A stretch of DNA of 61,670 nt, the filler included. It is 6 parts of 6 records of this genome, joined end to end, with 100 filler letters (N's around TTAATTAATTAA, not from the genome) between each part and the next. Parts side by side here need not be neighbours in the genome. Positions count along the whole stretch, not along the records: positions 37,746 to 52,127 come from SRR31156797_20974; positions 52,228 to 61,670 come from SRR31156797_21011; 4 more parts are not named here. The stretch is one strand, 5' to 3'. A model generated the notes under the pieces. It had not been told where the DNA came from. It was given only the letters and a program-made list of their open reading frames with translations, and did no database searches. Made by a program: the position numbers and the translations under genes. Positions 51,139-59,091 of this stretch are shown here, piece after piece. Positions within the stretch are counted from its first letter, which is position 1. Each line of letters begins with the position of its first letter.

Positions 51139-52127
51139 ATGGGCAAGAAGAAGAGCGATCAAATCATCTATAAGCATGAATCGTCCGCTCCCGTCACCGC
51201 TGCTGGGAACCGGAAATGGAAAATTCTGATCACGGATGATGAAAGTTCCATCCACAATATAACGGTAAAAGCCCTGTCCGATTTCACCTTCATGGGAAAA
51301 GGCCTTGTTTTCCTTCATGCCTATTCGGGCCAGGAGGCGGCGGAACTCATGAAAGCCCATCCGGACATGGCCCTGGTGCTTCTTGACATCATCCTTGAAA
51401 CAAACAACGCGGGCCTGGAACTGATTCACCACATTCGGCGAACGTTAAGCAACAACATCACCCAGATTGTGGTCCGTACAGGGAAACCGGCCCATGCACC
51501 GGAACAGGACCTCATCGAAGCATATGAGATCAATGACTACCGCCTCAAAACCGAACTGACCGTCCGGCGCCTCCACACGGTCACCACGGCCTCCCTTCGC
51601 ACCTTCCACATCAAATCGAGCCTTCAACGGGAGCTGGATCAAAAACGTACCATTGAACGTTCCCTCAGGGAAAGTGAACGGCGGTTCCGGGACATTGCCC
51701 ACAGCATCGGCGACCTGATATGGGAAATCGACACCAGGGGCAGATACACCTATATTTCGGAAAACGCGCAAACAACCCTGGGATACACGCCGGAGCAGCT
51801 TATAGGATCAGGTTTCACAAGCCAAATGGACGCCCCGGACCCGGGCACCCTGACAAAAATCAAAGAGATCATGGCCAACGCAACCCCCTTTACCAACCTT
51901 GAGATCTGGAAGATAAAGAGGAACGGAGACACCGCCTGCTTTCTCTCCAGCGGCAAACCCATAAAGGACGAAAACGGGATTGTGACAGGATTTCGCGGGG
52001 TTGACAAGGATATAACGGACCTTAAGACCGCGGAAAAAGAGAAAGACAGCCTAATATTGCAGCTCAGACAGACCCAGCGGCTCGAATCCCTTGGCATCCT
52101 GGCCGGCGGCATTGCCCACGACTTCAA
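51139..52127 (+). CDS. Receiver-PAS-histidine kinase, 3'-truncated
   Basis: WKILITDDE receiver, PAS (DLIWEID..GRYTYIS) and H-box LAGGIAHDF at the contig end. Confidence 0.9.
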
Positions 52128-52227
52128 NNNNNNNNNNNNNNNNNNNNNNNNNNNNNNNNNNNNNNNNNNNNTTAATTAATTAANNNNNNNNNNNNNNNNN
52201 NNNNNNNNNNNNNNNNNNNNNNNNNNN
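52128..52227. other. Artificial contig linker
   Basis: 44 N + TTAATTAATTAA + 44 N. Confidence 0.99.
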
Positions 52228-52284
52228 CAGGGGGAGGATCGTCAGAAAGAGGATGGACGTCAATAAGCCGGTCTGGCGCAGCAT
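52228..52284 (-). CDS. N-terminal fragment of a divergent exported or membrane protein
   Basis: Minus strand GGAG RBS, then MLRQTGLLTSILFLTILPL running into the linker; not in the ORF track. Confidence 0.5.
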
Positions 52285-52426
52285 AGGCAACTCCGATTTA
52301 TTCTTAAGAATAAACACAGTATACTTAATTATTAGTAAATATCAATTATTTTTATTGATTTAATTTGAAATCGTCTCTATGATAAATTATTTTTTAAAGG
52401 TTTATCATAATTACTTAGATAAAGAC

Positions 52427-53071
52427 ATGAATAGATTAATCCTGATAGCACTGGCACCCCTGATCATGCTGGCTTCATGCGGACAGGGCATAAGCGATTC
52501 CCAAAAGAAGGACTATCTTCTGGGACGGAAATTCTCTATGGAAAATAAGCATGCGGAAGCCCTCCGCCTCCTCTCGGGGGTGTACGAGGAGAATCCCGAC
52601 TACCCTCAGAACGCCTACCTCTACGGGAAGATGCTGTTTGTCAGCGGAGAGACGGAAAAGGCCGTCCGCATATGGGAGTCGGTCCATGAGAAGCACCCCT
52701 ACTTCGCGGATAACGCCAGGGAACTGGGCCGGTACTACCTGTCTGCGGGAGAGCCCGACAGGGCGGAAGAGCTGATCAGGAAGGCCCTGGAATGGGACGG
52801 AAGCGATCCCGTTTTGCTGACCCTTCTCGCCCGTGTCTATTCCCAGAAGAAAGACTATGAGAAGGCCCTGAATCTTATGGTCCAGGCGGATGGCCGTCTG
52901 GAGACCATGGCCGAGATTCCGCTGGAGTATGCCAGGCTGCTGCAGAGCTACGGCTTTTATCACAAGGCCGCCGAATCGGTGGAGAAGGCCATAGCCCTGA
53001 GCGGCCCGGAAAGCTCCCTGATTCCCGCTTTGGCGATCCTCAAGGAGAGACTGGAAAATGAGATTGATTAA
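52427..53071 (+). CDS. TPR-repeat lipoprotein
   Basis: Signal peptide ending MLASC; TPR-like helical repeats (AYLYGKMLF, ELGRYYL, LLARVYSQKKDYEKA). Confidence 0.75.
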   Translation: MNRLILIALAPLIMLASCGQGISDSQKKDYLLGRKFSMENKHAEALRLLSGVYEENPDYPQNAYLYGKMLFVSGETEKAVRIWESVHEKHPYFADNARELGRYYLSAGEPDRAEELIRKALEWDGSDPVLLTLLARVYSQKKDYEKALNLMVQADGRLETMAEIPLEYARLLQSYGFYHKAAESVEKAIALSGPESSLIPALAILKERLENEID

Positions 53072-53525
53072 GCTGCTGAGATACACGTTTCTGATGATTC
53101 TAATGGCCTCCTGCTCTTCCATCCCCCTCCTCAGGCCCCATGCCTCACAGGTCCTGAGCGATGAGGGCTGGAAGGATGAAAGGGAAGGCTTCCGCTATGC
53201 CCTGGGGACCGTTGCCGTCGAGGCGGACCTGAACGGAGAGGCCATAGAGAGAAACGCCTTCAGGGGAATGGATCTGCTCATAAACGAGCTGAACGAAGGA
53301 TACGGGGGAACGGATAAGGAACTCCTGATCCATCTGGGACTGAGAGAGGCCGACTTTATGAAGGACTATCAGCCCGTAAAGACTCTGGCCCTGACCATGA
53401 CGGTGACCGATGAGTCGGGAACGCAGCGGGCCTCCTACTTCTACAGCGTGGAATCCGAGGACAGCTTCTACTCCTCCGCTTATCTATACAATCGGATGAA
53501 GAAGGGATTCGGAAAGCTGTTCTGA
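53058..53525 (+). CDS. Hypothetical lipoprotein
   Basis: Signal peptide ending LMASC; overlaps both neighbours. Confidence 0.7.
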   Translation: MRLIKLLRYTFLMILMASCSSIPLLRPHASQVLSDEGWKDEREGFRYALGTVAVEADLNGEAIERNAFRGMDLLINELNEGYGGTDKELLIHLGLREADFMKDYQPVKTLALTMTVTDESGTQRASYFYSVESEDSFYSSAYLYNRMKKGFGKLF

Positions 53526-54907
53526 TGAAGGCCGCCTTTCTTTTTCTCATAATCCTGACAGGGGCCGGGCGTCTCTCCTCCCTGTCGCTGGACGAAGCGT
53601 TGAACCTGGCGGCCCGCCAGAACAGCTCCCTGGTGGGCAATATCCTGGAGAGGGAGAACGACAGGAGGGCCATCATCGTCAGAACCAGGGCGTTCCTTCC
53701 CGATCTGGAGCTGGGCTATGCCCAGAGCGATTCGATCACCGTAGGGGATCCGGACACCCGGGTGGACCGCATCAGCCTGGGGGTGAACCAGCTCGTGTTC
53801 AGCGGGGGACGGGAGCTGGCGGCCCTGAGGATGGCCAAAAGGGAGCTGAGGGTGAAGGATTTCTCCTACGGCTCTCTGGAACGGGCGGTGCGCCATCAGG
53901 TGGTGGTCGCCTTCGTGGAGGTCCTGAAGAACAGACGCATACTGGAGATCCGGGTCAGGGCTATGGAGAACCTCGCCCGCCAGGGGGAGATCGCCCGCAA
54001 AGAACTGGAGCTGGGGGAGATCAGGCGGGTGGACCTTCTGGACATCCTGCTGGAGTCTTCGGACTACGCCCTGACCATAGACCAGTCGGAGCAGGAGCTT
54101 CTGAACAGCCGTTATGAGCTGGCGGTGCTGCTGAATCTGCCCCTGGATCAGCTGGCCGATCCGGAGGGGGCCCTGAACGAGGATTACCGGGGCCGCTTCG
54201 ACGCGCAGCTGAAGGATGAGGAGTTTCTGCCCAGGATGAGGGCGGAGGCGCAGAGGAACAACCAGGATCTGATAGGCGGAAGGCTGCGGGAGATGCAGGC
54301 CTACGAAAGCTACAAGGACTACCGCCTGGCCTGGCTGCCCCGGATAGAGGCCACCGCAGACATGGCCGTTTCGGGCCGGGACTATCCCCTGAACGAACCG
54401 TCCTTCACCCTGGGACTGAACTTCAGCTTCGACCTCCCCCTCCTCCCTTCCACCCTGCAGGTCCAGGGGGGGCAGAAGAATCCTGACGAGTACAACCGCT
54501 CCTTTTCCACCACCACGGGGATCGGGGACAATCTGGAGGGGGTCACCGACGCCCTGTCGGCTAAAAACAATCTGACCATGGCCAGAATGGAGCTGGAAAA
54601 CACCAGGCGCAGCGTGGACTTCAGCCTCCGGTCCAGGGTGGAGGAACTGACCAGAGGGCAGAACCGTCTGGCGATTCTCAGAGACCGGCTCACCCTTCAG
54701 GAGGAAAAGCTCCGCATCCAGGAACAGGAGCTCAGGCTGGGGCAGATCACCCGGCTGAATTTCGTGGAGTCCGAGATCGATCTGGCGGACCAGAGGATCG
54801 AATACGTAGAGAACCTTGTGTCCCTTCACTCCCTGGAAGAGGAACTTATATCCCTCAGCGGGATCTCCGTTGAGTCGGAAGGAAAGGAGAGTCTGATCAA
54901 TGATTAA
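53525..54907 (+). CDS. TolC-family outer membrane channel
   Basis: LSLDEALNLAA N-terminus; two repeats (AFLPDLELG / AWLPRIEAT and ELELGEIRRVDLLD / ELRLGQITRLNFVE). Confidence 0.82.
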   Translation: MKAAFLFLIILTGAGRLSSLSLDEALNLAARQNSSLVGNILERENDRRAIIVRTRAFLPDLELGYAQSDSITVGDPDTRVDRISLGVNQLVFSGGRELAALRMAKRELRVKDFSYGSLERAVRHQVVVAFVEVLKNRRILEIRVRAMENLARQGEIARKELELGEIRRVDLLDILLESSDYALTIDQSEQELLNSRYELAVLLNLPLDQLADPEGALNEDYRGRFDAQLKDEEFLPRMRAEAQRNNQDLIGGRLREMQAYESYKDYRLAWLPRIEATADMAVSGRDYPLNEPSFTLGLNFSFDLPLLPSTLQVQGGQKNPDEYNRSFSTTTGIGDNLEGVTDALSAKNNLTMARMELENTRRSVDFSLRSRVEELTRGQNRLAILRDRLTLQEEKLRIQEQELRLGQITRLNFVESEIDLADQRIEYVENLVSLHSLEEELISLSGISVESEGKESLIND

Positions 54908-56240
54908 ACGGATGCTGCCCCTGTTCTGTCTCCTGGGCTGTCTGTCGTCCTGCGGGGATGACAGAGCCGAGACGGCTGAGAGCGCCCCGGTGCAAACGCC
55001 CCGGGTGGAACTGACCGAGTGCTTCCGCTACAGCTATGCCCCCCGGTTCGAATCCTTCGCCACCATCGGCTATGTCAAGAAAGCGGACGTCTACCCCATG
55101 TCCTCGGAGATCATCAGAGAGATGAGATTCGAGGAAGGGGAAACGGTACGGCGGGGAGACGTTCTGGTCAGGATGGACCGGCGGAAGCTGGAGATCCAGA
55201 AGAGGGAGGCCGAAGCGGGGATCAGGATCCGGGAGACCAGGCTGAACCTGGCCGTCCAGCAGCTCGAAGAGGGCCGTCGGAACATGGAGGCCCAGTTCTA
55301 CTCCATAGAGAGCTGCCGCCTGGACCTGAAGAAGGCCGAAGCCGATTACGAGCGGATCAGTAAGATCCATGAAAACAAGAGCCAGCTGCTTGAGGTGGAG
55401 GGGATATCCCGGGAGGAGATGGAGTCGGTGGACCTCCAGCTTTTCGAACAGGAGCTGGCCCTGGAACAGGCGAAGAGCGATCTGGCGGTCAAGCTGATCG
55501 GCTACAGGGACGAGGACCTGCTGAAGGCCGGTTACAGGCTCCCCGAGGACGAAGGGGATAAGAAAGAGCTCTTCATCGATTACAACACCAGGATGCTCAA
55601 GGCCGAGGTAGACGTTGCCAGGGCCGAGCTGGAGGCGGCGGAGAGCCAGATGGAGACCCTGGAGCTCTATATCGAAGAGGCCCTGGTCCGCGCTCCCATC
55701 TCGGGGGTGATCGGACGGAAATACATGGAGGCGGGAGAGAAGGCCTCCGCCGACAAGCCCCTTTACCTGATCTACCCGGAGAACAGCGTCTACGCCCTGC
55801 TGGAGGTCAGCGAGCGCGATCTGGGACAGATGCGCACGGGCCTGGAGGCCCTGGTCAGAACCGACGGGAAGACAGGGGAATATCCCGGTGAGATTCACCG
55901 CATCTCCCCCTGGGTGCAGGAGGAAACCAGGACCGCCGTAGTAAAGGTCCTGATGGACAACAGGGAGGCCCGGTACAAGGTCGGCCAATTCGTCAGGGTG
56001 AATATCCTCCTCGCCGGCGAGAGCGAAGCGACCCTGATCCCCCGGGAAGCGGTTCTGACGGGAGGCGACGGATCGGTGGTTTACATCTACAGGGGAGGTA
56101 GGATCTTCAAGACCCCGGTGGAGTGCGGCGAGCCCCTTAAGGAGGGCCTTCCCGTTTACTCGGGGCTGGAGGAAGGGGATAAGATCGTCCTCTCCCCCCG
56201 CGCCGGCTTCCGGGACGGTATGGAGGTGATGCTGTTTTGA
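54900..56240 (+). CDS. RND periplasmic adaptor (MFP), lipoprotein, with a long helical hairpin
   Basis: CLSSC lipobox, FEEGETVRRGDVL, VRAPISGVI, EIHRISP..ETRT and GLEEGDKIV. Confidence 0.88.
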   Translation: MIKRMLPLFCLLGCLSSCGDDRAETAESAPVQTPRVELTECFRYSYAPRFESFATIGYVKKADVYPMSSEIIREMRFEEGETVRRGDVLVRMDRRKLEIQKREAEAGIRIRETRLNLAVQQLEEGRRNMEAQFYSIESCRLDLKKAEADYERISKIHENKSQLLEVEGISREEMESVDLQLFEQELALEQAKSDLAVKLIGYRDEDLLKAGYRLPEDEGDKKELFIDYNTRMLKAEVDVARAELEAAESQMETLELYIEEALVRAPISGVIGRKYMEAGEKASADKPLYLIYPENSVYALLEVSERDLGQMRTGLEALVRTDGKTGEYPGEIHRISPWVQEETRTAVVKVLMDNREARYKVGQFVRVNILLAGESEATLIPREAVLTGGDGSVVYIYRGGRIFKTPVECGEPLKEGLPVYSGLEEGDKIVLSPRAGFRDGMEVMLF

Positions 56241-57670
56241 ACAGGCGCCTCTTCCCGGCGGGACTGCTGGCTCTGCTTCTCGCCGCCGGCTGCTCCCTTG
56301 TCAAGATAGACGACAGCGACGGGCTGACCCTCTCCCCTTCCAAGGATTATCAGGTGATCTCCGAAGGCGAAAGCATTTCCGTCCGTTTCCCGGAGAGCGT
56401 GGAACGCTACACGGCCGAACAGATCGTCTCCCTGAACAACAGGGAGGGGCTTATCGGGTACGCCCTGTCCTGGGAGGACTCCCGCACCCTGATCGTAAGC
56501 CCGGAGGCTCCCCTTGTTCCCGGCATTCTTTATCGCCTGGAGGCCGACGGGATATACCATACAAGGGGAAACGCAAACCGCGAGGCCGACCGGTCGGTTC
56601 CTTTTTACTATCTGAGCAGCGAATACGATCCGTTCCAGGTGCTTTCCGTTTTTCCGGCGGAAGGGAGCGTTACGGGAAAAAACTCCGATATAATCATCCG
56701 CTTCAACAGGACGCCCGACGAGGCTTCCCTGATCAAAGGCCTCAGCCTTTCGCCCGAAACGGCGTACGATTATGCATTGAACGCCACGGAGCTGAGGATA
56801 TCCCCCCGGGAAGCGTGGGAGAACCTGGAGAACTACAGCCTGACCATCGCATCGGAGGCCGGCGATACGGCGGGAATGCCATTGGATCCGGAGTTGGAGC
56901 TGAACTTCACTGTCTCGGCCGGGGCAGGCATCCCCGCCGTGGCGAACGCGGCTCCCGCTGTCGATGATTACGCCGCTTCCTATCCCTTCAAGACTGTGAA
57001 CCCCTCCTTTCTCGAGTACGGTGACGCCTTCCGGATCGTGTTCAGCGAGGATATGGACAGGGACTCGGTCGACAGCGCCTTCAGCCTGGAACCGGCCCTT
57101 GCCGGGAACAAGTACTGGCTAGGGGATAACACCCTGATTTTCGTACCCGAGAGGGGCTGGGTCATGGATACCGACTACACCCTGAGGATTGGCAAGGAGG
57201 CCGAAAGCGCCAACGGCATCGTCATGGCCGAAGACTACTACGCCTTGCTGAGGCCCGATATCGAGCAGATGGAACTGAGCTCCCTCGAGTGCCTCACCGG
57301 CGCGGGATTCACCCTGACCGCCTACTCGTCCGCCGCGGCCCGGGACCTGCCCACCGAGGCGACGTCCCCCTACGACATAGCCTTCTCCCTGGTCTTCTCA
57401 CGGTCCTTCCCCACTAACGCGGAAAAACAGGCCGCCCAGGATACGATCAGCTGCTACGAGACCTTCAGCTCCGCCGGCAGCCCCCGGGCCGCCACCTTCG
57501 GCTGGAGCAGCGATACCACCCTGACCATAACCTTCGCAGGATTCAACGCGGACCCGGACAAGGACCACTACTACATATTGGAGATCACAGGCGGGGAGCA
57601 GGGAATCAGAAACAGTGAGGGCAGCTTCATGAAGGAAACGGTGAAGCAGCTGTTCAGGAGCCGCCTGTGA
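56237..57670 (+). CDS. Ig-like (Big_5/SbsA-type) repeat lipoprotein 1
   Basis: LAAGC lipobox; repeats such as VLSVFPAEG..IIIRFN, IVFSEDMD..SAFSL and LIFVP...YTLRI. Confidence 0.72.
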   Translation: MNRRLFPAGLLALLLAAGCSLVKIDDSDGLTLSPSKDYQVISEGESISVRFPESVERYTAEQIVSLNNREGLIGYALSWEDSRTLIVSPEAPLVPGILYRLEADGIYHTRGNANREADRSVPFYYLSSEYDPFQVLSVFPAEGSVTGKNSDIIIRFNRTPDEASLIKGLSLSPETAYDYALNATELRISPREAWENLENYSLTIASEAGDTAGMPLDPELELNFTVSAGAGIPAVANAAPAVDDYAASYPFKTVNPSFLEYGDAFRIVFSEDMDRDSVDSAFSLEPALAGNKYWLGDNTLIFVPERGWVMDTDYTLRIGKEAESANGIVMAEDYYALLRPDIEQMELSSLECLTGAGFTLTAYSSAAARDLPTEATSPYDIAFSLVFSRSFPTNAEKQAAQDTISCYETFSSAGSPRAATFGWSSDTTLTITFAGFNADPDKDHYYILEITGGEQGIRNSEGSFMKETVKQLFRSRL

Positions 57671-59091
57671 AACCGCTGTTCTTCCTCATAGGCCTGTGCT
57701 CCCTTCTCGTCGCGTCCTGCGACCTGTTCGAACATATACAGCATATGGATCCGCCTGAGGTGACGAAGGTGAGTCCCTCAGATCAGGTCGTCGCCGCGGG
57801 AACACTCGAGTCGGTAACCCTCTCTTTTTCCGAGAAGATGGACAAGGCCCTCACCGAGGCGGCCTTCAGCCTCAGCGAGGACGATGAGGATCTGGACGGT
57901 TCGTTCGACTGGAACGGAAAGGCCATGAGCTTCATCCCCTATCACGGCTTCAAGGAGAACCGGGAGTACAGGATCAATCTGAAGGACAGCTGCGAGGACA
58001 AATGGGGGAACTCCCTCGACCAGGACTACTATCGGGTATTCCGGACGGGAGACGATGTGGGCAGCCCCTACCTGGTCTCCTCCAGCCCCTCGGATTACGC
58101 GGTTCTGGGAGACAAGCGCTCCCCCATCACCCTTGTTTTTTCCGAAGCGATAGACCGGATGAGCTTCAGGAGCTCCTACAGCCTCTCTCCCGATATCAGT
58201 ATGGATATCAGCTGGGACGGCGCGGGGAGCGGCGTGACCCTGACGCCTCTGGAGGACTACCAGGACGGAGAGAACTACAGGCTCACCCTTTCCACGGAAA
58301 TCAAAGACCTGGCGAACAACCCCATGGCTGCCGACGAGCTGCTCATCTTCAGGGTGAGCGAGATGGCCGATCCGGTCGTCAACTCCCTGAACGTAGCCGC
58401 TACGGGCGCCGTCTTGGCTGAGGAAGGCTCGGGAACGAACACGGGTCTGGAAAAGGACCTGGAGATTCAGGGCGATATGGACAGAAGCCTGAGCTTCGAG
58501 GAGAGGAGCGCGCTGATAGGGCTTCTGCCCTCGGCTTCTTTCGAGTTGAACTGGGATGCGGATTTCGACAGCTTCACCCTCTCCTTTCCCGAGAACCTCG
58601 AATACGGACGGCATTATGAGCTCAGCGTCGGGAACGGGAAGTACATCCTCCTTATCGACGGCGCCCGAAGCGTTCCCCTTTCCGTTTCCCGGGCGGTGTT
58701 CTGTCCCGATTCCACGGCGGCCGTACCGGTCATGACCGCCCTCTCCCTCAACTCCCCGCTGGGCGCGGACGATTCGGATCATGCCTTTTTGGATATCTAC
58801 CTGGGCCATGGGGCGGGAGCCTCGATCGATATGAGCTCCTTTATGGACGCCTTCGGTCTCAGCTCATCGGTACTCAGCTTTGAAAACAGGTCCATGGAGA
58901 TCTGCGACGGCTCCCAGAGCCCGGCGCCCTCCCCCCTGCCCGGAGCGGATGAGACGGTGGTCCGGGTCGGCCTGGGCATCACGGACAGCAACCTTCCGGG
59001 TACGGTGACCCTCTCGCTGGACGATTCGGTGACGGACTCCTACGGGAACACCCTGGCCGACGGCTGGTCCCTGACGGTGAGTCAGCCGTGA
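57667..59091 (+). CDS. Ig-like (Big_5/SbsA-type) repeat lipoprotein 2
   Basis: LVASC lipobox; PPEVTKVSP..LSFSEKMD..EDKWGNSL, PYLVSSSP..LVFSEAID..KDLANNPM and TDSYGNTL. Confidence 0.78.
   Translation: MKPLFFLIGLCSLLVASCDLFEHIQHMDPPEVTKVSPSDQVVAAGTLESVTLSFSEKMDKALTEAAFSLSEDDEDLDGSFDWNGKAMSFIPYHGFKENREYRINLKDSCEDKWGNSLDQDYYRVFRTGDDVGSPYLVSSSPSDYAVLGDKRSPITLVFSEAIDRMSFRSSYSLSPDISMDISWDGAGSGVTLTPLEDYQDGENYRLTLSTEIKDLANNPMAADELLIFRVSEMADPVVNSLNVAATGAVLAEEGSGTNTGLEKDLEIQGDMDRSLSFEERSALIGLLPSASFELNWDADFDSFTLSFPENLEYGRHYELSVGNGKYILLIDGARSVPLSVSRAVFCPDSTAAVPVMTALSLNSPLGADDSDHAFLDIYLGHGAGASIDMSSFMDAFGLSSSVLSFENRSMEICDGSQSPAPSPLPGADETVVRVGLGITDSNLPGTVTLSLDDSVTDSYGNTLADGWSLTVSQP

Noticed and set aside
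10815-52227. Five recurring TTAATTAATTAA elements as a biological repeat
   Set aside because: Each sits inside identical N padding and cuts genes, so it is an assembly spacer. ORF tails reading X...LIN come from it.
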